DNA from: Dehalococcoidia bacterium
Lineage (GTDB): Bacteria > Chloroflexota > Dehalococcoidia > SM23-28-2 > RBG-16-64-32
NCBI GenBank assembly: GCA_034408935.1
Contig: DAOUMV010000013.1
Location: forward strand, 50,759 to 114,758
Direction of reading: 5' to 3'
DNA: 64,000 nucleotides
The translations under genes and the position numbers were made by a program. Positions 47,883-56,456 of this stretch are shown piece by piece (the stretch's first letter is position 1; every line of letters starts with the position of its first letter). The notes beneath the pieces are model-generated. The model was not told the origin of the DNA. It ran no database searches and saw nothing but the letters and a program-made list of their open reading frames with translations.

Positions 47883-49999
47883 GGCATTCCTCCCGGGGCA
47901 GCGCCGCCGGGGAAGCCCTGTCCTTGTCCGGGGGAGAACCCGTCGGGGAAGCCGGGCTCGCCGCCTTCCTGCTCCGTAGTAGACGACGTCGACGTTGATG
48001 AGCGGCTGGGGAGCAGAATCGTCTGACCCTCCTCAAGCCCCCTTACGATCTCCGTGTTCGTTCCATCGCTGAGCCCTGCCTCAACCTCGACGCTCTGGGT
48101 CGATCCGTCCTCCATCAGGACATCGACGTAGCTTCCGCCTCTCATGGTCTGGACGGCCGACGTGGAAACCATGAGGACGTCCTGAGCCTGATCCACAGTG
48201 ATGGTCACAGAGGTGTTCATGCCGGGCAGAAGCTCCGCGACCGATTCGGAGAAATCAGGCATCACGCCGGCGCCGCCAGCCGGAGTCGCCTCCGCATCTG
48301 GAATATCAGCCGACGTCGGTGCTCCGCCAGCGCCAGCCAGTGCACCCGCTAGGTTCCCTCCCAGCGCCTCTAACTCGTCGGCGCTCATGATGGTCGCGTG
48401 TACGGCGTACGTCACCACTCCCTGAGTGGTGGTCGGATTCGTTTCGACGGAGTCGACCACGACGGGCAACCGCGTGTCCTCAAGAGCGTCGAATGTGGCG
48501 ATACCCGTCTGGCCGGACTCAATGTCAGGCACATCGGATTCGGTGACGGTGAGATCGAGACTCACCGCATCGGGAGTGTTGAGGACAATCGCTGCCTCTG
48601 TGCTTGTCTCTCCGGTTCCACCGGCCGATTCCCCTACCTCGATATTGAGCGCCGCCACGGTGCCGTCAAACGGCGCTACGAGCTTCGCTTCCTCCAGGTC
48701 CTCTTCCGCCTTCTCCAAAGAGAGCTCAGCAAGGCGTACCTGGTTTTGCTGGAGCTCGATCTCCTCTATGTCGGCGCCGTCCAACAGGTCGTTGAGCTGT
48801 GCCTGCGCCGTGACGAGTGCCGCAGCGGCTGTGTCAACGTTACCCTGCGCCTCCGCCAGTTCGTCCTCTGTCGGTTTCTCGCTGAGTTCCGCTAGCTGCT
48901 CGATCGCAAGGTCGAGCGCCTCCTGCGCCGACACAACGGCGGCGTCCACCGAGGCTATCTCTTCATCGCTGGGACCGGCCTGTGCGTCCTCGAGATCGTC
49001 CTTGGCCTCTTGCAGATCCTCTTCCGCTGTCTCAACCGCATCGTCGGCGCTGTCCTTCGACGCCACGGCGTTCTCATAGGACGTGTTGGCGGTCAAAACC
49101 TCTGAGGCCTGCTTTGCGACTTCCTTCGAGCCGGTGACCGTGGCCTCCATCAGAACAGCCTCATCTGCAGAGGAGATCGGCGCCGCTCGCTTCGTGCAGA
49201 ACGAGGGAGCACCATCAACGGCGCAATAGCCCGTTTCCACGCTCTTCAACGACGACTCGGCCGACTGAAGGCTACGTGCGGCGTCCTCGGCCTCGCCCTC
49301 GCTGTCCTCCAGCGCGTCCTCCGCCATCCTCACGGCTTCTTCGGCGGCGTCGATCGCTTCCCCGCTTGCCTCGTAGAGGTTTTCGCGAGACTCTTCCGCC
49401 TGGGCCACCTGTCCTTCCGCTGATGTTACCGATTGCTCCGCTGAGAGGGTCTCAACTTCGGTGGGCCCGTCCAGCGTTTCGTCGAGCGCACGCTGCGCCT
49501 GATCCAAGCTGACCTGCGCTTGCGCCACGCTCTGCTCGGCCGAGGCTATTTCGGCCTCGTCGGGGTCCTTCAAGAGCTGGCTCAGATTGACCTGGGCTGA
49601 AGCAAGGTTCACCTCCGCTTCTGTCGTGGCTCGCTTCAGCTCGTCTGACTCAAGCTTGGCAAGCACGTCTCCCTTCTTGACTTCCTGCCCGATGCTGACC
49701 TTCACAGCCGATACGGTCCCGGACTGGCTGAACGATATCTCCGCCGTTGACTGTGAGACGACGACGCCGCTCGTGCTGACCGTCGTAGTGATGGAGCCCC
49801 GCTCCACCGTCGCCGTCTGGGTTTCCTCCGCTGTGGAGCTGCCGCCAGCCAGCGCCAGCGACCAGAGCGCGTAGGCGCCCGCGGCGATCAGGGCTGCGAG
49901 CACCGCGAGGCCAATCAAGCGGCCACGCCAGCGGTGCCCGCCGCCATCCAGCAGATCGTCGTATTCGTCTATCTCATCGAGGACGGGCGAGTCACTCAT
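47879..49999 (-). CDS. Periplasmic adaptor (MacA/HlyD family) with unusually long coiled coil (706 aa)
   Basis: N-terminal TM anchor, beta-barrel/lipoyl segments flanking a very long Glu/Ala-rich coiled coil; Gly/Pro-rich C-terminal tail. Confidence 0.75.
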   Translation of the reverse strand: MSDSPVLDEIDEYDDLLDGGGHRWRGRLIGLAVLAALIAAGAYALWSLALAGGSSTAEETQTATVERGSITTTVSTSGVVVSQSTAEISFSQSGTVSAVKVSIGQEVKKGDVLAKLESDELKRATTEAEVNLASAQVNLSQLLKDPDEAEIASAEQSVAQAQVSLDQAQRALDETLDGPTEVETLSAEQSVTSAEGQVAQAEESRENLYEASGEAIDAAEEAVRMAEDALEDSEGEAEDAARSLQSAESSLKSVETGYCAVDGAPSFCTKRAAPISSADEAVLMEATVTGSKEVAKQASEVLTANTSYENAVASKDSADDAVETAEEDLQEAKDDLEDAQAGPSDEEIASVDAAVVSAQEALDLAIEQLAELSEKPTEDELAEAQGNVDTAAAALVTAQAQLNDLLDGADIEEIELQQNQVRLAELSLEKAEEDLEEAKLVAPFDGTVAALNIEVGESAGGTGETSTEAAIVLNTPDAVSLDLTVTESDVPDIESGQTGIATFDALEDTRLPVVVDSVETNPTTTQGVVTYAVHATIMSADELEALGGNLAGALAGAGGAPTSADIPDAEATPAGGAGVMPDFSESVAELLPGMNTSVTITVDQAQDVLMVSTSAVQTMRGGSYVDVLMEDGSTQSVEVEAGLSDGTNTEIVRGLEEGQTILLPSRSSTSTSSTTEQEGGEPGFPDGFSPGQGQGFPGGAAPGGMP

Positions 50000-50026
50000 C
50001 TCATAGCCCCCTATGTGGCTTTTTGT

Positions 50027-50095
50027 AGCTGATATTTCCAGCGTACTCTGCTGTCGTTAAGGAGGAGTTGGAGAAGGATTAGAGTTCCCTAATCC
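50027..50095 (-). promoter_or_regulatory. Conserved cis-element copy 1 (upstream of adaptor/ABC efflux operon)
   Basis: TTAGGGAACTCTAAT inverted repeat + CCAAC + TTAACGACAG block, 30-95 nt upstream of start codon. Confidence 0.55.
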
Positions 50096-50146
50096 GCGAG
50101 CGCCGCGAGACGGCTTTCTTTCATCGGCGAGTCGAGAGGTTGTGCG

Positions 50147-50365
50147 TCAAGGCGTCGCGCCCGCAAACGAGGTCTGCCGTGGCCTCGCCGGCGAAGGCGC
50201 TATCCTTGCCGCTGCAGGCTCAGTCGCCGCCTCCACGGGAACGATGCGCGCGCATTGGAGGCAGCGCCACTCCGGCTCGTCGCTGAGGTCGAGGTAGGCG
50301 TCGCCACCGCATCTGAGGCAGCAGCGAAGACGAAACGCCCGGTTCGATCCAGTTACCATCCCCAC
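50147..50365 (-). CDS. Small zinc-ribbon protein (72 aa)
   Basis: CxxC-x15-CxxC; GGAGGA RBS; directly downstream of htrA. Confidence 0.4.
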   Translation of the reverse strand: MGMVTGSNRAFRLRCCLRCGGDAYLDLSDEPEWRCLQCARIVPVEAATEPAAARIAPSPARPRQTSFAGATP

Positions 50366-50386
50366 CGCTCCTCCGGCCCCGGCAGC

Positions 50387-51505
50387 TCATCCCCTGTAGT
50401 CGCTTGGGAACGCGGCCAGAGTAGCCGACAGCTCCAGGGTGTCCTCTCCACGAACCACGGTCAGCGTCACGTCGTCTCCCGCCTTTTTGCCGTTCAGGAA
50501 GCTGATCAGGTCCTCGATGCTTTCAACCGGCTCTCCGTCGACGGCGGTGATGACGTCCCCACCTGCGTCGGGTTCCCCCTGAAACGTAGTGCCACCGCCC
50601 CGGAGCCCGGCGTCATCGGCCGGACTTCCGGAGACGACATCCAACACGTATGCTCCCCGGTCGACCGTGAGGTCTAGGGCTTCCGCCATCTCGCCGGTGA
50701 GGGTCGTGCCGCCGATCCCCAGCCAAGGGCGTTCAACCGTGCTCCCTTCCGTCAGGCGGGACAGGACTCCCTTGGCGGTATCGATTGGGACAGCGAAGCC
50801 CACTCCGTCCGCTGACTGACTTTCGATGGCGGTGTTGACGCCGATGACCTCCCCGTCAGAGTCGAGTAAGGGCCCGCCGGAGTTGCCGGGGTTGAGAGCG
50901 GCATCGGTCTGGATGACGCCGGTGATGGGGCGGCCGTCGTCACCGGTCAGGCTCCGGTCGAGGCCGCTGACGACGCCGACGGTTATCGTGCCCTCAAGCT
51001 CGTAGGGGCTGCCGAGGGCGATGGCCATCTGGCCCGGCTGCAGGTCGGTGGAGTCCCCCAAAGTGAGGGGCGTGATGTCCGAGACCTCAGAAGCGTCAAC
51101 CTCCACCAGGGCGAGGTCGTCCGCGGAATCGACCCCGAGCACCTCACCATCGAGCTCTGTGTCGTCGCTGAGGGTCACGGTCACGCTGGATGCGTCGTCC
51201 ACTACGTGACTGTTGGTGAGGATGTGCCCCGCGTCATCGATGAGAAACCCTGATCCGGTGCCTACGCCCACGCTAATCTGGACCACGGCTGGGATCGCCT
51301 CATCGTAGATGTCAACTACCTGCTGCTCTTCGACCAACGCTGGCCCCGTTGCCACGGGCTCCGCCTGGACCGACTCCTCTGCAGCAGTGTCCGCGGCAGA
51401 GGTGCCCGACTCAGAGCCGGAGTCAAGGCTCAGGGCCACGAGCGAGATGGCAAGCGCAGCGATGGCCATAAGGGCCGTCACTCCCAACGCGAGCTTCGTC
51501 TTCAT
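50387..51505 (-). CDS. htrA: HtrA/DegP-family serine protease with PDZ domain
   Basis: Catalytic triad context (TNSHVV, DLALV, GNSGGPL), C-terminal PDZ; signal/TM N-terminus. Confidence 0.9.
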   Translation of the reverse strand: MKTKLALGVTALMAIAALAISLVALSLDSGSESGTSAADTAAEESVQAEPVATGPALVEEQQVVDIYDEAIPAVVQISVGVGTGSGFLIDDAGHILTNSHVVDDASSVTVTLSDDTELDGEVLGVDSADDLALVEVDASEVSDITPLTLGDSTDLQPGQMAIALGSPYELEGTITVGVVSGLDRSLTGDDGRPITGVIQTDAALNPGNSGGPLLDSDGEVIGVNTAIESQSADGVGFAVPIDTAKGVLSRLTEGSTVERPWLGIGGTTLTGEMAEALDLTVDRGAYVLDVVSGSPADDAGLRGGGTTFQGEPDAGGDVITAVDGEPVESIEDLISFLNGKKAGDDVTLTVVRGEDTLELSATLAAFPSDYRG

Positions 51506-51537
51506 CGCCTTCCTCCCTCTTCACTTCCCGAGTGACT

Positions 51538-51600
51538 TCTGAATCCAAGGTAAGTCCCTGACGTTAAAACGGTATTGGCGGAAGATTAGATTTCTCTAGT
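51538..51600 (-). promoter_or_regulatory. Conserved cis-element copy 2 (upstream of htrA)
   Basis: CTAGAGAAATCTAAT + CCAAT + TTTAACGTCAG + TGGATTCAGA. Confidence 0.55.
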
Positions 51601-51703
51601 GTGACGCGATCTGTTTGGCGCAGCTCGATGGGGTGCACAAGCGAAAAGGGGGGAGGCCAGGCAAGCACCTGGCCTCCGTCCATGCGCGTTTGCGAGGCAG
51701 CCT

Positions 51704-52381
51704 CTAGGCCGTCACATCGGACGTTTCGGTGGTCTCGGACTCCTCATCGTGATCGGAGAAGGGGGCGAACCACATTCCGCCGAAACCGCGCGGACCGCCC
51801 CGCATGCTGCCGAAAGCGTGGAAACACCCCTCGGCGTTGACGATTCCGTCGATCATGCCTTCGGTGTGCTGGTAGAAGTCGTCGGCCTGGTCCTGGGTGA
51901 GATCGCCGTCGGAAACCATCTCATCGAGCTGCGCCTTGATCTTGTCAAGGAGCGCCGCCTTGAAGTCGTCCACGCTCATCCCCTGAGCCTCGGCCAGCTC
52001 GGCAAGGGAGTTGCCGTCCGCGAGTTGCTCCATCAGGTCGGCGCGGGTCATGCCCAGCACGTCGGCGGCGTTCTTCATCACGTCGAAGTGGGCGCGCCAT
52101 ATTCCACCGTGGAGCCCGCGGAAGAAGAAGTTGCCTTCCCGCAGCCGCTCTCCCTGCTCCTCCGTAAGGCGCCCCTCGTCCACCGCCTCGTCGATGGTCT
52201 CGTCTCTTGCCTCGTCGATGGCGGTCTTGAGCTCGTCCTCGCTGACACCCAGCTTCTCGGCGACCTTGGCGAGGAACGACCCAACGAGCCCATCGTCCTC
52301 ATCGGCCGCCGCCCCGCTGATGGCCACGACGCCCAGGGCCAGGACGGCGACCGCCACCGCTATCATCAGCAGCCTCTTCAC
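51704..52381 (-). CDS. LTXXQ-motif (CpxP/Spy-like) secreted protein, paralog 1
   Basis: Signal peptide; LTEEQ and LTQDQ motifs; GTG start with GAGGAGG RBS (aligned to paralog 2 MKRLMIIAV). Confidence 0.7.
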   Translation of the reverse strand: MKRLLMIAVAVAVLALGVVAISGAAADEDDGLVGSFLAKVAEKLGVSEDELKTAIDEARDETIDEAVDEGRLTEEQGERLREGNFFFRGLHGGIWRAHFDVMKNAADVLGMTRADLMEQLADGNSLAELAEAQGMSVDDFKAALLDKIKAQLDEMVSDGDLTQDQADDFYQHTEGMIDGIVNAEGCFHAFGSMRGGPRGFGGMWFAPFSDHDEESETTETSDVTA

Positions 52382-52431
52382 CTCTGCACCTCCTCGCATT
52401 GCCTCTTCATGGCGTTAGTTCTCCCAAGGCA

Positions 52432-52494
52432 TCTGAATCCAAGATAGGTGGCTGTCGTTAAACGGGCATTGGAAAGAGATTAGAATTCTCTAAT
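52432..52494 (-). promoter_or_regulatory. Conserved cis-element copy 3 (upstream of LTXXQ paralog 1)
   Basis: TTAGAGAATTCTAAT + CCAAT + TTTAACGACAG + TGGATTCAGA. Confidence 0.55.
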
Positions 52495-52573
52495 GTGGGC
52501 GGTGACTTGCCCGAACGGGCGGAGGTCGGGTTCATACCCGACCCCCGCCCTGTCCGGTTCGCGGCCGCTGCGC

Positions 52574-53239
52574 CTAGGCCGTCACATCGGACGTCTCCGT
52601 GGTTTCGGACTGGTCATCGGGAGGGGAACCGAACTGCGGCCCGCCGAAACCACCTGGGCCGGGCCTCATGCCGCCGAAACCGGGGCCACAGCCCGTGCCG
52701 GCCACGATGTCGTCGATGTTGTCCTGGGTGCGCTGGAGCATCTCGTCGGCCTGGTCCTGAGTAAGGTCGCCTGCGGCAACCGATTCATCGAGCTGGGTCT
52801 TGACCTGATCCAGGAGCGCGGCCTTGAAGTCGTCTTCGCTCATGCCCTGAGCCTCGGCCACGTCGGCCAGCGAGTTGCCGTCCTGCAGTTGTTCCATGAG
52901 GTCGTCCTTGGTCATGCCCAGCACCTCAGCGGCAGCGGTCCTGATGTGCACGCGCTCATGCCCCATTCGCCCACCGCCGAAGGGGAAGTCACTCTCCTGC
53001 AGCCGGTCAGCCTGTTCCTCGGTGAGGCTACCATCAGCCACGGCCTCATCCAGCGTCTCGCTCCGGGCCTCGTCGATGGCGGTCTGAAGTTCATCCTCGC
53101 TCACGCCCAGCTTCTCGGCGACCCTGGCGAGGAACGACCCGACGAGCCCGTCGTCTTCCTGGGCGGCCGCCCCGCCAATGGCCACGACGCCCAGGGCCAG
53201 GACGGCCGCCGCCACTGCTATTATCATCAGTCTCTTCAT
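52574..53239 (-). CDS. LTXXQ-motif (CpxP/Spy-like) secreted protein, paralog 2
   Basis: ~70% identical to paralog 1 including identical C-terminal ...SETTETSDVTA. Confidence 0.75.
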   Translation of the reverse strand: MKRLMIIAVAAAVLALGVVAIGGAAAQEDDGLVGSFLARVAEKLGVSEDELQTAIDEARSETLDEAVADGSLTEEQADRLQESDFPFGGGRMGHERVHIRTAAAEVLGMTKDDLMEQLQDGNSLADVAEAQGMSEDDFKAALLDQVKTQLDESVAAGDLTQDQADEMLQRTQDNIDDIVAGTGCGPGFGGMRPGPGGFGGPQFGSPPDDQSETTETSDVTA

Positions 53240-53342
53240 CTGTCACCTCCTTGTCGTGTTGTGATCTTGTCAGCGATTCCGGCGTGGTCGGCTACGTCAT
53301 TCTCTTCATCTGCACACCTCCTTGTGTGACCTCCTGTGTGAC

Positions 53343-53407
53343 TGCTGAATCCAGCGTAGAGCGCTGTTGTTAGGGAGGCGTTGAAGCAGGACTAAAATTT
53401 TCTAATG
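53343..53407 (-). promoter_or_regulatory. Conserved cis-element copy 4 (upstream of LTXXQ paralog 2, divergent from two-component operon)
   Basis: TTAGAAAATTTTAGT + TCAAC + CTAACAACAG + TGGATTCAGC. Confidence 0.5.
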
Positions 53408-53478
53408 CAGCTAGCCTTGTTCTCTAATGATCTCTTAATCTTGGCGCCCTACAATGTGTCGTAAGGAGGAGCTTTCGG

Positions 53479-54150
53479 GTGTATGTCCTAATAGTGGAAG
53501 ACGAGCGGCGGCTGGCCCAGGTGGTAAGCAAGGTCCTGGAGGAGGAGGGCCACACGGTCGACGTCTCCTACGACGGGGAGGAGGGGCTGGCGATGGGAAT
53601 GGAGGGCTCCCACGACGTCATCGTTCTGGACATCCTGCTGCCCGTCATGGACGGACTGGAGGTGTGCCGCGCCCTCCGCGCCAACCGGGTCGATACCCCC
53701 GTGCTCCTCCTGACAGCCCTGGACGCGGTCGAGGACCGCGTGCGCGGGCTGGACGCCGGCGCCGACGATTACCTGCCTAAGCCGTTCGCCTTCCAAGAAC
53801 TGCTGGCCCGCCTGCGCGCATTGGGTCGCCGGCGCGTGCAGGTCCGTGAGCCCGATCGACTTCGCGCGGCAGATCTCATGCTGGACCTGCGACGGCGCCG
53901 CGCAGAGCGCAACGGCAAGACCATCGAGCTCAGCCCTAAGGAGTTCGCCCTGCTGGAGTTCCTCATGCGCAACGAGGGCCGCGTCGTCACACGCACCCAG
54001 ATCCTGGATCACGTGTGGGGGTACGAGTACTCGCCGGACTCCAACCTGGTGGACGTGTACGTGACATACCTGCGGCGCAAGGTGGATCGAGGCCACGACC
54101 GCAGCCTCATCCGCACCGTGCGCGGCACCGGCTACGCTCTGGAGGAGTAA
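53479..54150 (+). CDS. OmpR-family response regulator
   Basis: Receiver (VEDE...DILLP, T, K) + winged helix (LSPKEFALLEFLMRNEGRV...VRGTGYAL); GTG start with AAGGAGG RBS. Confidence 0.9.
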   Translation: MYVLIVEDERRLAQVVSKVLEEEGHTVDVSYDGEEGLAMGMEGSHDVIVLDILLPVMDGLEVCRALRANRVDTPVLLLTALDAVEDRVRGLDAGADDYLPKPFAFQELLARLRALGRRRVQVREPDRLRAADLMLDLRRRRAERNGKTIELSPKEFALLEFLMRNEGRVVTRTQILDHVWGYEYSPDSNLVDVYVTYLRRKVDRGHDRSLIRTVRGTGYALEE

Positions 54151-54151
54151 C

Positions 54152-55426
54152 ATGTTCGGCGCGGCACGCTGGCGTCTCACGCTCTGGTTCGCCCTGGCGT
54201 TCGGGGCCATCCTGCTGGTCATCGGCGCGGCGGTGTACCTCACCACCCGCGCCGTCCTCTTCGACCAGGTGAATGACGACCTCGAGTCGCGGGCGGGGCG
54301 GGAGGAGCGCGTGCTCACGCCGCGGCTGCCGGGGCGCGGTCCCGGCGGTCCTGTGCGCGACATCGTCATCGGGCCGACGTTCACGACTGCGGGCTACTTC
54401 TACGCCCTGGTCGACTCCACAGGCGAACTCCTGGCCGGGACCGCCAACGTCGACCCTGCCGGCCTGGTCAGTGAGGACGCCCTCCAAAAAGCGCTCGCCG
54501 ACGGCGTCGCCTTCGCGGACACCAAGTCGTCTGAGGGGGACTCGCTGCGGGTCTACGTGGTGAGCCTGGGGACATCAGAAGATGATGAACTGCTGATGGA
54601 GGTGGGGCGGAGCACGGAGCCGGAGGAGCAGGCGCTTCAACGGCTGCTGCTGGTGCTGATCGGCGGCGGCGGCGCCGGCCTGGGCCTGGCCCTCGTCGGC
54701 GGCTACGCCCTCGCCGGTCGAGCCCTGCGCCCCATCCGATCGGCGATGGACTCCCAGCGGGCCTTCATCGCCGACGCCTCCCACGAGCTGCGGACACCGC
54801 TATCGGTGATCCGCGCCAACGCGGAGCTGATGAAGCGTCACTCCAGGGAGCCCGTCCGCACCAACGGAGAGGCGGTGGACGACATCATCGGCGAGTCGGA
54901 CAGGCTGGCGAGGCTGGTGGGCCAGATGATGACGCTGGCCCGGATCGACGCCGGCCAGGCATCGTTGTCCCTGTCCGAGGTGGCGCTGGACGAACTGGCG
55001 GAGGAGGTTGCGCGCGGCATGCGCCTGCTGGCCGAACGTCGCGGCGTCGCGTTCGAGGCCGCTGTGGACGGCCCCCTGCCCGTACGGGGGGATAAGGACC
55101 GCCTGCGGGAGCTGATCGTGATCCTGAGCGATAACGCCATCAAGTACACGGACGCGGGCGGCCGGGTGCGACTGGAGGTGCGCCGCGCCTCCGGCGGGAA
55201 GACCACGGTGCGGGTCACGGATACGGGGCACGGGATACCCCCGGAGGCGCTGCCCCACATCTTCGACCGGTTCTACCGCGTGGACAAGGCGCGGTCGCGG
55301 CAGGCGGGTGGCACGGGGCTGGGGCTGGCGATCGCGAAGTGGATCTCGGAGGCGCACGGGGGCTCCATCCGGGCGGAGAGCGCCCCCGGTGTGGGGAGCT
55401 CGTTCACGGTAGAGCTGCCGGCGTAG
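54152..55426 (+). CDS. Sensor histidine kinase
   Basis: Two TM helices, HAMP, H-box ASHELRTPL, HATPase N/G boxes. Confidence 0.9.
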   Translation: MFGAARWRLTLWFALAFGAILLVIGAAVYLTTRAVLFDQVNDDLESRAGREERVLTPRLPGRGPGGPVRDIVIGPTFTTAGYFYALVDSTGELLAGTANVDPAGLVSEDALQKALADGVAFADTKSSEGDSLRVYVVSLGTSEDDELLMEVGRSTEPEEQALQRLLLVLIGGGGAGLGLALVGGYALAGRALRPIRSAMDSQRAFIADASHELRTPLSVIRANAELMKRHSREPVRTNGEAVDDIIGESDRLARLVGQMMTLARIDAGQASLSLSEVALDELAEEVARGMRLLAERRGVAFEAAVDGPLPVRGDKDRLRELIVILSDNAIKYTDAGGRVRLEVRRASGGKTTVRVTDTGHGIPPEALPHIFDRFYRVDKARSRQAGGTGLGLAIAKWISEAHGGSIRAESAPGVGSSFTVELPA

Positions 55427-55537
55427 CGGGGCGGCCGCCCTGCATCAGACCGCCCCAAGAGGAGAGACGCAGCCGGACTTGACATCAGCAAGTGCACATG
55501 GTGTCTACTACCTGCAGACTAATCGAGGAGGATCATC

Positions 55538-55819
55538 ATGCTGTTCGTCGTCACTCACGAGCACACGCCCGAGCTCTGCCCAACGGACGACCCGGCGCCG
55601 GTGCACAAGCTGACCGACAAGAACCACATCAAGGAGTCGGGGGTGAAGGTGGTGGGGAGCTATATAGCGTCCCTCGAGCACGTCCTCTTCTTCGTGCTGG
55701 AGGCGGACGACTACGCCCAGGTGGTGCGGTACTTGCGACCGATCATGAAGATCGGCACGCCGGACATCGTGCCGGCTCAGACGCTGTCCAGGGGCCTCGG
55801 CCCCTTCTACAAGGGATAG
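55538..55819 (+). CDS. Small conserved hypothetical protein (93 aa), paralog A
   Basis: RBS GAGGAGG; MLFVVTHEHTPELCP... ; 75-80% identical to 56073-56354. Confidence 0.6.
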   Translation: MLFVVTHEHTPELCPTDDPAPVHKLTDKNHIKESGVKVVGSYIASLEHVLFFVLEADDYAQVVRYLRPIMKIGTPDIVPAQTLSRGLGPFYKG

Positions 55820-55845
55820 ACGGCCAGGCGTCCTTCCGCCACTAG

Positions 55846-55929
55846 GGCGACGGAGGCTCCGGGGGCTCCATCCGGGCGGAGAGCGCCCCCGGCGTGGGGA
55901 GCTCGTCTACGGTAGAGCCGCCGGCGTAG
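55846..55929 (+). pseudogene. Duplicated fragment of histidine-kinase 3' end (last ~21 codons + stop)
   Basis: ~82 bp 95% identical to 55362-55443; in-frame remnant GGSIRAESAPGVGSSSTVEPPA*. Confidence 0.7.
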
Positions 55930-56072
55930 CGGGGCGGCCGCCAGGGCGAGGCTGCAGGCGGGCCTTCTACAGGCTCCCTTGACGGGCAGGCAGGACGAAC
56001 GGCGTCAACATCCGGGGGCGCTGGTCGTGTCGTATCCCGATAGTACCCGCTGACGAATCAAGGAGAGAAACT

Positions 56073-56354
56073 ATGCTGTTCGTTGTTACTCATGAGCACA
56101 CGCCGGAGCTCTGTCCGTCGGACGATCCGACGCCGGCACATAAGCTGGCGGACGAGAAGCACATCAAGGAGTCGGGGGTGAAGGTGGTGGGGGCGTGGGT
56201 GGCGCCGCCGGAGCACACCTTCTACCTGGTGCTGGAGGCGGACGAGTACGGCCACGTGGTGAGGTACCTGCGGCCGATGATGAAGATCGGGACGCCGGAC
56301 ATCGTGCCGGTGCAGGAGCTGAGCGACACGCTGAACCACTTCCCGAAGCGGTAG
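56073..56354 (+). CDS. Small conserved hypothetical protein (93 aa), paralog B
   Basis: RBS AAGGAGAG; tandem duplicate of 55538-55819. Confidence 0.6.
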   Translation: MLFVVTHEHTPELCPSDDPTPAHKLADEKHIKESGVKVVGAWVAPPEHTFYLVLEADEYGHVVRYLRPMMKIGTPDIVPVQELSDTLNHFPKR

Positions 56355-56456
56355 GGTGCCGGGGGCGCTGCGCTGCCCCGCCCCGATGTTGTCCGTCCCG
56401 CCCAGCCACCTCCGAAGGGATTCAGGCTTCGCCCCACCACCCCATGCCGTGGGCCG

